Source: Eledone cirrhosa (Eukaryota). Taken from it: a DNA stretch of 64,000 nt. Of this stretch, positions 52,501 to 64,000 are shown one piece after another (position 1 is the first letter of the stretch; every line of letters begins with the position of its first letter). A program made the position numbers and the translations under genes. The stretch lies in contig OZ024740.1 of the NCBI GenBank assembly GCA_964016885.1, forward strand, positions 1,612,001-1,676,000. Reading direction: 5' to 3'. Under the pieces are notes generated by a model that was given only the letters and a program-made list of their open reading frames with translations, was not told where the DNA came from and did no database searches.

Positions 52501-55500
52501 TCCTTTAGACATAGTGTATCTAGGACTACATTGTCTAATGTGTCATTCAGACATAGTGTATCTAGGACTACATTGTCTAATGTGTCCTTTAGATATAGTG
52601 TATCTAGGACTACATTGTCTAATGTGTCCTTTAGACATAGTGTATCTAGGACTACATTGTCTAATGTGTCATTCAGACATAGTGTATCTAGGACTACATT
52701 GTCTAATGTGTCCTTTAGATATAGTGTATCTAGGACTACATTGTCTAATGTGTCCTTTAGACATAGTGTATCTAGAACTACATTGTCTAATGTGTCCTTT
52801 AGATATAGTGTATCTAGGACTACATTGTCTAATGTGTCATTCAGATATAGTGTATCTAGGACTACATTGTCTAATGTGTCCTTTAGACATAGTGTATCTA
52901 GGACTACATTGTCTAATGTGTCCTTTAGATATAGTGTATCTAGGACTACATTGTCTAATGTGTCATTCAGACATAGTGTATCTAGGACTACATTGTCTAA
53001 TGTGTCCTTCAGACATAGTGTATCTAGGGCTACATTGTCTAATGTGTCCTTTAGATATAGTGTATCTAGGACTACATTGTCTAATGTGTCATTCAGATAT
53101 AGTGTATCTACGACTACATTGTCTAATGTGTCCTTTAGACATAGTGTATCTAGGACTACATTGTCTAATGTGTCCTTTAGATATAGTGTATCTAGGACTA
53201 CATTGTCTAATGTGTCCTTCAGACATAGTGTATCTAGGGCTACATTGTCTAATGTGTCATTCAGACATAGTGTATCTAGGGCTACATTGTCTAATGTGTC
53301 ATTCAGACATAGTGTATCTAGGGCTACATTGTCTAATGTGTCATTCAGACATAGTGTATCTAGGACTACATTGTCTAATGTGTCATTCAGACATAGTGTA
53401 TCTAGGACTACATTGTCTAATGTGTCCTTTAGATATAGTGTATCGAGGACTACATTGTCTAATGTGTCATTCAGACATAGTGTATCTAGGACTACATTGT
53501 CTAATGTGTCCTTTAGACATAGTGTATCTAGGACTACATTGTCTGTGTCATTCAGACATAGTGTATCTAGGACTACATTGTCTAATGTGTCCTTCAGACA
53601 TAGTTTATCTAGGACTACATTGGCTAATGTGTCCTTCAGACATAGTGTATCTAGGACTACATTGTCTAATGTGTCCTTCAGACATAGTGTATCTAGGACT
53701 ACATTGTCTAATGTGTCCTTCAGACATAGTGTATCTAGGACTACATTGTCTAATGTGTCCTTCAGACATAGTGTATCTAGGACTACATTGTCTAATGTGT
53801 CCTTCAGACATAGTGTATCTAGGACTACATTGTCTAATGTGTCCTTTAGACATAGTGTATCTAGGACTACATTGTCTAATGTGTCATTCAGACATAGTGT
53901 ATCTAGGACTACATTGTCTAATGTGTCATTCAGACAGTGTATCTAGGACTACATTGTCTAATGTGTCATTCAGACACAGTGTATCTAGGACTACATTGTC
54001 TAATGTGTCCTTTAGATATAGTGTATCTAGGACTACATTGTCTAATGTGTCATTCAGACATAGTGTATCTAGGACTACATTGTCTAATGTGTCATTCAGA
54101 TATAGTGTATCTAGGACTACATTGTCTAATGTGTCATTCAGACACAGTGTATCTAGGACTACATTGTCTAATGTGTCCTTTAGATATAGTGTATCTAGGA
54201 CTACATTGTCTAATGTGTCCTTTAGACATAGTGTATCTAGGACTACATTGTCTAATGTGTCATTCAGACATAGTGTATCTAGGACTACATTGTCTAATGT
54301 GTCCTTTAGATATAGTGTATCTAGGACTACATTGTCTAATGTGTCCTTTAGACATAGTGTATCTAGGACTACATTGTCTAATGTGTCATTCAGACATAGT
54401 GTATCTAGGACTACATTGTCTAATGTGTCCTTTAGACATAGTGTATCTAGGACTACATTGTCTAATGTGTCCTTCAGACATAGTGTATCTAGAACTACAT
54501 TGTCTAATGTGTCCTTTAGATATAGTGTATCTAGGACTACATTGTCTAATGTGTCCTTTAGATATAGTGTATCTAGGACTACATTGTCTAATGTGTCCTT
54601 TAGATATAGTGTATCTAGGACTACATTGTCTAATGTGTCCTTTAGATATAGTGTATCTAGGACTACATTGTCTAATGTGTCCTTTAGACATAGTGTATCT
54701 AGGACTACATTGTCTAATGTGTCATTCAGACAGTGTATCTAGGACTACATTGTCTAATGTGTCATTCAGATATAGTGTATCTAGGACTACATTGTCAAAT
54801 GTGTCATTCAGACATAGTGTATCTAGGACTACATTGTCTAATGTGTCATTCAGACATAGTGTATCTAGGACTACATTGTCTAATGTGTCATTCAGACATA
54901 GTGTATCTAGGACTACATTGTCTAATGTGTCATTCAGATATAGTGTATCTAGGACTACATTGTCTAATGTGTCATTCAGACATAGTGTATCTAGGACTAC
55001 ATTGTCTAATGTGTCCTTTAGATATAGTGTATCTAGGACTACATTGTCTAATGTGTCATTCAGATATAGTGTATCTAGGACTACATTGTCTAATGTGTCA
55101 TTCAGACATAGTGTATCTAGGACTACATTGTCTAATGTGTCATTCAGATATAGTGTATCTAGGACTACATTGTCTAATGTGTCCTTTAGATATAGTGTAT
55201 CTAGGACTACATTGTCTAATGTCTCATTCAGACATAGTGTATCTAGGACTACATTGTCTAATGTGTCCTTTAGACATAGTGTATCTAGGACTACATTGTC
55301 TAATGTGTCATTCAGACATAGTGTATCTAGGACTACATTGTCTAATGTGTCCTTTAGACATAGTGTATCTAGGACTACATTGTCTAATGTGTCCTTTAGA
55401 CATAGTGTATCTAGGACTACATTGTCTAATGTGTCCTTCAGACATAGTGTATCTAGGACTACATTGTCTAATGTGTCCTTTAGACATAGTGTATCTAGGA

Positions 55501-58288
55501 CTACATTGTCTAATGTGTCATTCAGACATAGTGTATCTAGGACTACATTGTCTAATGTGTCCTTTAGATATAGTGTATCTAGGACTACATTGTCTAATGT
55601 GTCCTTTAGACATAGTGTATCTAGGACTACATTGTCTAATGTGTCATTCAGACATAGTGTATCTAGGACTACATTGTCTAATGTGTCCTTTAGACATAGT
55701 GTATCTAGGACTACATTGTCTAATGTGTCATTCAGACATAGTGTATCTAGGACTACATTGTCTAATGTGTCCTTTAGATATAGTGTATCTAGGACTACAT
55801 TGTCTAATGTGTCATTCAGACATAGTGTATCTAGGACTACATTGTCTAATGTGTCCTTTAGATATAGTGTATCTAGGACTACATTGTCTAATGTGTCCTT
55901 TAGATATAGTGTATCTAGGACTACATTGTCTAATGTGTCCTTCAGACATAGTGTATCTAGGACTACATTGTCTAATGTGTCCTTTAGACATAGTGTATCT
56001 AGGACTACATTGTCTAATGTGTCCTTTAGACATAGTGTATCTAGGACTACATTGTCTAATGTGTCCTTTAGATATAGTGTATCTAGGACTACATTGTCTA
56101 ATGTGTCCTTCAGACATAGTGTATCTAGGACTACATTGTCTAATGTGTCATTCAGACATAGTGTATCTAGGACTACATTGTCTAATGTGCCCTTTAGACA
56201 TAGTGTATCTAGGACTACATTGTCTAATGTGTCCTTCAGACATAGTGTATCTAGGACTACATTGTCTAATGTGTCCTTTAGACATAGTGTATCTAGGACT
56301 ACATTGTCTAATGTGTCCTTTAGACATAGTGTATCTAGGACTACATTGTCTAATGTGTCCTTCAGACATAGTGTATCTAGGACTACATTGTCTAATGTGT
56401 CCTTTAGACATAGTGTATCTAGGACTACATTGTCTAATGTGTCATTCAGACATAGTGTATCTAGGACTACATTGTCTAATGTGTCCTTTAGACATAGTGT
56501 ATCTAGGACTACATTGTCTAATGTGTCCTTTAGACATAGTGTATCTAGGACTACATTGTCTAATGTGTCATTCAGACATAGTGTATCTAGGACTACATTG
56601 TCTAATGTGTCCTTTAGACATAGTGTATCTAGGACTACATTGTCTAATGTGTCCTTTAGACATAGTGTATCTAGGACTACATTGTCTAATGTGTCCTTTA
56701 GACATAGTGTATCTAGGACTACATTGTCTAATGTGTCCTTTAGATATAGTGTATCTAGGACTACATTGTCTAATGTGTCCTTCAGACATAGTGTATCTAG
56801 GACTACATTGTCTAATGTGTCCTTTAGACATAGTGTATCTAGGACTACATTGTCTAATGTGTCATTCAGACATAGTGTATCTAGGACTACATTGTCTAAT
56901 GTGTCCTTTAGATATAGTGTATCTAGGACTACATTGTCTAATGTGTCCTTCAGACATAGTGTATCTAGGACTACATTGTCTAATGTGTCCTTTAGACATA
57001 GTGTATCTAGGACTACATTGTCTAATGTGTCCTTTAGACATAGTTTATCTAGGACTACATTGTCTAATGTGTCCTTTAGATATAGTGTATCTAGGACTAC
57101 ATTGTCTAATGTGTCCTTCAGACATAGTGTATCTAGGACTACATTGTCTAATGTGTCATTCAGACATAGTGTATCTAGGACTACATTGTCTAATGTGCCC
57201 TTTAGACATAGTGTATCTAGGACTACATTGTCTAATGTGTCCTTCAGACATAGTGTATCTAGGACTACATTGTCTAATGTGTCCTTTAGATATAGTGTAT
57301 CTAGGACTACATTGTCTAATGTGTCCTTCAGACATAGTGTATCAAGGACTACATTGTCTAATGTGTCCTTTAGATATAGTGTATCTAGGACTACATTGTC
57401 TAATGTGTCATTCAGACATAGTTTATCTAGGACTACATTGTCTAATGTGTCCTTTAGACATAGTGTATCTAGGACTACATTGTCTAATGTGTCATTCAGA
57501 TATAGTGTATCTACGACTACATTGTATAATGTGTCATTCAGACATAGTGTATCTAGGACTACATTGTCTAATGTGTCCTTTAGATATAGTGTATCTAGGA
57601 CTACATTGTCTAATGTGTCATTCAGACATAGTGTATCTAGGACTACATTGTCTAATGTGTCATTCAGATATAGTGTATCTACGACTACATTGTCTAATGT
57701 GTCATTCAGACATAGTGTATCTAGGACTACATTGTCTAATGTGTCATTCAGATATAGTGTATCTACGACTACATTGTATAATGTGTCATTCAGACATAGT
57801 GTATCTAGGACTACATTGTCTAATGTGTCCTTTAGATATAGTGTATCTAGGACTACATTGTCTAATGTGTCATTCAGACATAGTGTATCTAGGACTACAT
57901 TGTCTAATGTGTCATTCAGATTTAGTGTATCTACGACTACATTGTCTAATGTGTCATTCAGACATAGTGTATCTACGACTACATTGTCTAATGTGTCATT
58001 CAGATATAGTGTATCTAGGACTACATTGTCTAATGTGTCCTTTAGACATAGTGTATCTAGGACTACATTGTCTAATGTGTCATTTAGACATAGTGTATCT
58101 AGGACTACATTGTCTAATGTGTCCTTTAGACATAGTGTATCTAGGACTACATTGTATAATGTGTCATTCAGACATAGTGTATCTAGGACTACATTGTCTA
58201 ATGTGTCCTTTAGACATAGTGTATCTAGGACTACATTGTCTAATGTGTCCTTTAGACATAGTGTATCTAGGACTACATTGTCTAATAT
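40544..58288. repeat. 42-bp satellite array, ~17.7 kb, ~420 units, with higher-order duplications
   Basis: Unit AATGTGTCMTTYAGAYATAGTGTATCTAGGACTACATTGTCT, with recurring rare variants. Confidence 0.99.
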
Positions 58289-58459
58289 GTTCTTTTATTT
58301 TTAATTGTTTCATTACCATATTTCTAATGAAAGGCAGTTTTGAATTTTCAAATGGATTTGAAAATAATCAAGAATTTGGAGGTATTTAATATAATAACTA
58401 ATTTTCCCATTATTAAGCTGTTGTTTGGAACATAACTTAATGAAGGTTCTTACATAAGA

Positions 58460-58650
58460 TTATAATTGTTTCTACTTTTGGCACAAGGCCAGCAATAATC
58501 CCTGTGCATTACTGGTACTTTATTTTATCGACCCTTTAAGGATGAAAGGCAAAGTTATCCTCGGCGGGATTTGAACTCAGACCATAAAGGGACATAACTA
58601 TGCTGGAAAACATGGTGTCCGACCTTCTACCAATAGTGCCAAGCCACCAC
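58460..58650 (-). mobile_element. SINE family A copy
   Basis: Tail, core, B-box and head are present on the minus strand. Confidence 0.9.
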
Positions 58651-59038
58651 CCTAGCATGGTGTCCGACGCTCTACCGATACTGCCAATTCACCACCCTAG
58701 CATGGTGTCCGACCCTCTACCGATACTGCCAATCCACCACCCTAGCATGGTGTCCGACCCTCTACCAATACTGCCAATTCACCACCCTAGCATGGTGTCC
58801 GACCCTCTACCAATACTGCCAATCCACCACCCTAGCATGGTGTCCGACCCTCTACCGATACTGCCAATCCACCACCCTAGCATGGTGTCCGACCCTCTAC
58901 CAATACTGCCAATTCACCACCCTAGCATGGTGTCCGACCCTCTACCAATACTGCCAATTCACCACCCTAGCATGGTGTCCGACCCTCTACCGATACTGCC
59001 AATCCACCACCCTAGCATGGTGTCCGACCCTCTACCAG
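58611..59038 (-). repeat. 45-bp tandem repeat of the SINE 5' head (A-box), ~9.5 copies
   Basis: Unit CCTAGCATGGTGTCCGACCCTCTACCGATACTGCCAATCCACCAC is the reverse complement of the family A head. Confidence 0.92.
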
Positions 59039-59339
59039 TAAGTCCTGGGGTATTGTATGTTATATACAATACCCCAGGACTTACTGGGGTAGTCTATGTT
59101 ACATAAAATAAGAGTCTGTGTGTGGTGAGGTAGTTCACCCCCTCCCCCTCCCCAGTAAAACAAACAGAACTGAATTTTAGAAGACAATATAAAGAAAATA
59201 GAACGAGATTCTAATAATGTATTTATTTTGATTCTAAACTGATAATTAATAGGATATCTCTGCTAATGAGGATATCCTGGTAAAATATAAATTATAGAGG
59301 GAGCAGGAGGAACATATATGTAAATATACAATAATAATA

Positions 59340-59480
59340 ATAATTTCTGATTTAGGCACAAGGCCAGTAATTTGAAGGGAAGGGGAAAATTGATTAAATC
59401 AACCCCAGTGCGTGACTGGTACTTTATTTTATCAACCCCATGAGGATGAAAGGCAAAGCTAACCACGACGGGATTTGAAA
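59340..59480 (-). mobile_element. SINE family A-related copy
   Basis: Core and tail are present on the minus strand. Confidence 0.8.
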
Positions 59481-60919
59481 GGCACCAGCACTAGAGAGGT
59501 TGTTATGTCTTTGACAGCAAATGAGTCCTCCTGACCCTTTGGCAGGTTTTCTACAGGATTTCACCGACCACTTTATTAAGTGAACTGGGTATGTCTATTG
59601 CATAGACACTGGAGAAGTTTTCATGCCCTTGACACAACTAGAAAGTCCTCTCTGCCCTTTTTTAAAATATAGTTTCTCCTTTCGTAATATATTTGAGGCT
59701 GTGTATTTTAGTTGATGGTAAAAACATGATCTGTGGTGAATTAGACTAGAACAGCAGTTCGCAACATTTTCACTATCCCGTCTTTTTAAATGAATTTTAC
59801 CCATCGACCCTAGACTTTTGAAAGATCTCTCTACTCATGTGACCTGTAATACCATTACAGACCCCCCAGGGGTCCACAGAACACAGGTTGGGACCCACTG
59901 AACCAGGTTTTAGTGAGTTAGAACAGCCATAGTTAAAATCAAGTAAATAGCTATAAAACTAAAGACTATGGAATGGATACATCATCAATTTCATTTTACA
60001 TCCATTTTTACCATGTTGGCTTGGGATGGACAAGTCAGAGGACCATGTCTCAATCAAATCCATTCTATTTTTGGCATGGTTTCTATGGTGGATGCCCTTC
60101 ATAATGCCAACCACTTTATCCCGACGCTGCACAAGAAAGGTGTCATATCCTTGATATGGTTGAAAAGTCCTCTCCACACTTTTACCATATTTTTTTTTAT
60201 ATATCTAGCTGTCCTTCTTGATACAAATCACTTTACAGAATGTACTGAGTACATTTTATCATGTCACCTAACAGAAAACCTGCCAAAAGTGTCAGGAGGA
60301 TTCTTCAGCTGTGTCAAAGACATAACTTCAGACTCCTATCTACAATATGTTTATATATCATGTCAGCTAACTAGAGAGGTTGTCATCTCCAAAACATCAC
60401 TGTAGACTCCTTTCTACAATATGTTGTTCATATCATTCTTCAGAATTGTTTTCAGTGGTTTTTATATTCAGCAATAAGCTCCTGGTATATTCTATCTTAT
60501 CTAAATATTGTCTGTATTTATTGAATGTCCTTTGAGGATATGTTTGCTACAGATTCTACTTTCAATATATTGATCTGTCTTCTCTTCTAACCTTTCTCGT
60601 GTTTGTCTGCTGTGATTAGGTCATGAACATTTAAAAACTAATCTTAAATACCATGAGTTTTACAGAGCAGCTGACAGACACACTACTTCAGTTGTTTAGC
60701 TCTTGTCGTCATACTCATTAAAAGAGCAACAGGACAGTGTCATAGATTTCTTACATTCTTTTAGTTCTACTTAGCCTTGTATTATCTGTTTGATGTGTTC
60801 TGTCTCATCGTGTGACATATTGGGTGTTTTCTAATATAGCCACAGGCCAACTAATTTCTTGTGAGTGAATTTAGTTGATAGAAACTATGAAGAAGTCCAT
60901 TATGTGTCTAGGTATATAT

Positions 60920-61190
60920 ATCATCATCGTTTTTATGTCTGCTTTTCCATTCTTGCATGGGTTGGATGGGTCCTTCTCAGCATGGCATCTCTCCACTTGT
61001 CGTGTTCCTTCATCATTTCCTCTGCTAGTCTTAGCGATTTGAGGTCAGTTCTCACAACTTCTGCCCAAATCTTTCATCTTCTAGTGCGGCTTCCTTCCAC
61101 TGTGATTTCCTGGCATTTCTTCCCCCATTGGTCTCCATGGGCATCACATGTCCATACCAATGCAGTCTTCTCTCCTGCACACCACCTCAG
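60920..61190 (-). mobile_element. RTE 3' fragment
   Basis: Homologous to 32965-33240. Confidence 0.8.
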
Positions 61191-61989
61191 ATATGTGTGT
61201 GTGTGTCTTTATATCAACACCATATAAAGTGGTAACAATTCTGTTCCACATAAACAATACATCCAACAAGCAACTTAATAGTTCAACAAAGATGAGTTGT
61301 ATCATATTTAACCTTTACTTTACCATGGAGAGATTTAGTAAAATAACTTTCTCATTATTAAACTGGTGTTTGTTCTATAGCTTAACAAAGATTTTTTTAC
61401 ATATACTATGATGGAAGGTTTTTAGATAAATACTAGACCAACCATGACTGGGTCACATTCACTTTAAAATATTTTTTAAAAATCATGTTCACTTAAAAAT
61501 AATTTTTAAATAATTAAAATATATACAGACATATATATATATAATCTACTCTCTCACAACCACTATCTCTTTCTCTATCTTTCTCACTTTCTATTTATGA
61601 AGGTACCTGGAAAAACCCCATATCTCAGGAACCTGTGCTCCGATTTATGCGAAACTTGTTTTATTCCATTTGTGTTCCCATTTCAGGGGCAACTTTCTTT
61701 CAAAACATTTTCTCATTATGCGCTGTTTTGGCTGTATTAAATTACAGACAAGCACACAATCACAGAGTTTTAGTAGTATATAGATAGATAAACATTTTAA
61801 GATATACATCTTAAACTGACAATAAGTACATGATATAAGAAAAAAATATAAAGATGATCTAACCATGACCATCCCATTTTTTTATATATAAGATTAAATT
61901 GTCCAGTTTGTCTTTTTTTTAAAGACAGTGGGATGTGATTTGAGTCAGATTCAGGTGCTATTTCTAGGAAGCTGAATAGCCATATAGAA

Positions 61990-62362
61990 GCTACAGTCAG
62001 TAGGCACCTCTTAACAAAAATACTCCCCCGTCCCACTACCCCCACCCCATCCACACCACCTCCTTTCAATGTAAAGCTATGTTGGTACCACAACATCCAG
62101 TCCTAAATAAATGAGGTTGTGTAGGTGTCACGACAAAAAAACCCACAGTCCACGCTGTAATGTGGCCGTGTAGGTAACACGGTAAAAACCTCCCAGTACA
62201 CACTGTAAACGTGGTTGGTGTTAGGAAGAGCATCCAGCCGTAGAAAACCCGCCAGACAGTCCTATACGAGCAAGACAATCACTCTTGCCTCAAGTGGGAC
62301 AATTCCCGTCCAAACCCATGCAAGCGTGGAAGATGGACATTAAACGATGATGATGATGATGA
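61990..62362 (+). mobile_element. RTE-tailed element, copy of 35712-36077
   Basis: Near-identical sequence ending in (GAT)n. Confidence 0.88.
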
Positions 62363-62594
62363 AGCTCTCATTTTGACTCCATTTTTTTTCCAATCTTGAA
62401 AATGTAAATTAGTTTACTCTATAATTCCTTCTGATCTCTCAATTCCAATATCCTGAAATTTGATCTCATCAATATTTCTGATAGGTTCCTTGATCAGTTT
62501 TAAGTAACATCCACTGTCAATATTTGACATAGTTATTTCTCATCACCATAGTCATCTTTTCCTGGACACTTCATCTTTTCACCTTAATATACAC

Positions 62595-63265
62595 CTCTCG
62601 CTCCCTCTCTCTCCTCTCTCCCTCTCTCTCCTCTCTCTCTCCTCTCTCCCTCTCTCTCCTCTCTCCCCCTCCCTCTCTCTCTCTCCCTCCTCTCTCTCCC
62701 TCCTCTCTCCTCTCTCTCTCTTCTTCTCTCCCCCTCTTTCTCTCTCCCGTTTCTCTCGCCTTTCTTCTCTCCCCCTCTTTCTCTCTCCCGTTTCTCTCGC
62801 CTTTCTTCTCTCCTTCTCTCTCTCCTCTCACCCTCTCTCTCTTCTCTCCCCCTCTCTCTCTTCTCTCCCCCTCTCTCTCTTCTCTCCCCCTCTCTCTCTT
62901 CTCTCCCTCTCTCTCTCTTCTCTCCCCCTCTCTCTCTTCTCTCCCCCTCTCTCTCCCCACTCTCCCCCTCTCTCTTCTCTCCCTCTCTCTCTCTTCTCTC
63001 CCTCTCTCTCTCTCTTCTCTCCCTCTCTCTCTCTCTTCTCTCCCTCTCTCTCTCTCTTCTCTCCCTCTCTCTTCTCCCCCCCTCTCTCTTCTCTCCCCCT
63101 CTCTCTCTTCTCTCTCTCTCTTCTCTCCCTTCTCTTCCTCTCTTCTCTTCCTCTCTTCTCTCCCTCTCTCTCTTCTCTCCCTCTTCTCTTCCTTCTCCCC
63201 CCCCTCTCTCCTCTCTCTCTCTCTCTCTCTCACCTTTCTTTCCCTCTCTCTTCTCCCTTCCTCCT
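62595..63265. repeat. (CT)n-rich polypyrimidine tract
   Basis: Explains the ERER ORF. Confidence 0.95.
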
Positions 63266-64000
63266 TAGATGGATTTTATCATTTCACTAAATAACAACCA
63301 ATGAAATAATAATGAGATATCATTAACTGTAAACCAACCGAAGCAGTGTTCCAGCATGGCCACAGTTTGATATTTTTTTCTTTGTTACTGTGACCAATAA
63401 CCATAATTAAAAAAAAAGATATATATATATTTTTTTTGTGTTGATTTTGTTTTACATCGTTCTTTTTCTTTTGTTTTGATTTGAGTTTTTTTTACCTAGT
63501 TTCCGTGTGTAGACCAATATTTTGGTATGGCATATTTAATAATCCATAATTAACTGTCACATATTGTATTTCACTTCAATACTTGCTTTTCCACATTTTA
63601 TTTCTCATAATTAAACATGTTAAAATTGTAATTTGTCAATTTTCTTGCAGTTTTTCTATGTTTCTTTCTATATATATATTTTTTTTCTTCTTCCATGCTA
63701 CATTTTTTCATGTCTGAAATCTTTCCCCAGACATTGCACAAATCTTTCTGTCATCATAAAAAACTGAAACTCTCAGGAGTGCTGGGAGACTAAAATGTGT
63801 TGTAATCACAATGCTATTTATTATTTTATGAAAGCAGACAGTGCTGGGATTACTGGCTGCTGTGTAGTAGCTGTGTAAGTGTGTATGTGTGTATTTGTGT
63901 AAGTGTGTGTGTATATATGTGTGTAGGTATAGATGTGGTAGTTTGGATAATACTTTCACATTCCTACTTAGTCTAAATAAATATCAGAGAACTAATGAGA

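Noticed and set aside
40430-58389. Giant ORFs of 800-2900 aa, including an LRR-looking LDTLYLNDTLDNVV repeat
   Set aside because: A stop-free 42-bp unit leaves several frames open. 2-bp deletions shift frames freely, there is no unique N- or C-terminal domain, the 14-aa period is too short for an LRR, and the unit derives from a dispersed repeat.

Overview
AT-rich, microsatellite-dense animal genomic DNA. The SINE, RTE and microsatellite complement resembles what I recall of octopus/coleoid genomes, which is an inference and not a search result. Almost all of the window is repeat. It holds a 5'-truncated Penelope-like element (RT + C-terminal GIY-YIG, Hydra-clade-like), CRE, RTE and CR1-type LINE remnants, about 12 tRNA-derived SINEs, hAT, Tc1 and piggyBac-type MITEs, several minisatellites, and a 17.7-kb 42-bp satellite with higher-order structure. 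The only plausible host coding feature is an ATG-initiated exon at 15360-15625 ending in AG|GTGAGT, so the rest of the window may be one large intron. The most notable hidden signal is nine type I hammerhead ribozyme motifs. Most have a minimal palindromic stem III, several have a non-canonical U.U at the base of stem II, and most sit in short (TA)n-flanked modules. These modules often also carry a recurring RGYACTC-[stem]-GAGT hairpin. Three tandem arrays can be traced to internal pieces of transposons that are also present in this window. The giant ORFs in the ORF track are repeat artefacts. All ribozyme folds and alignments were done by eye.
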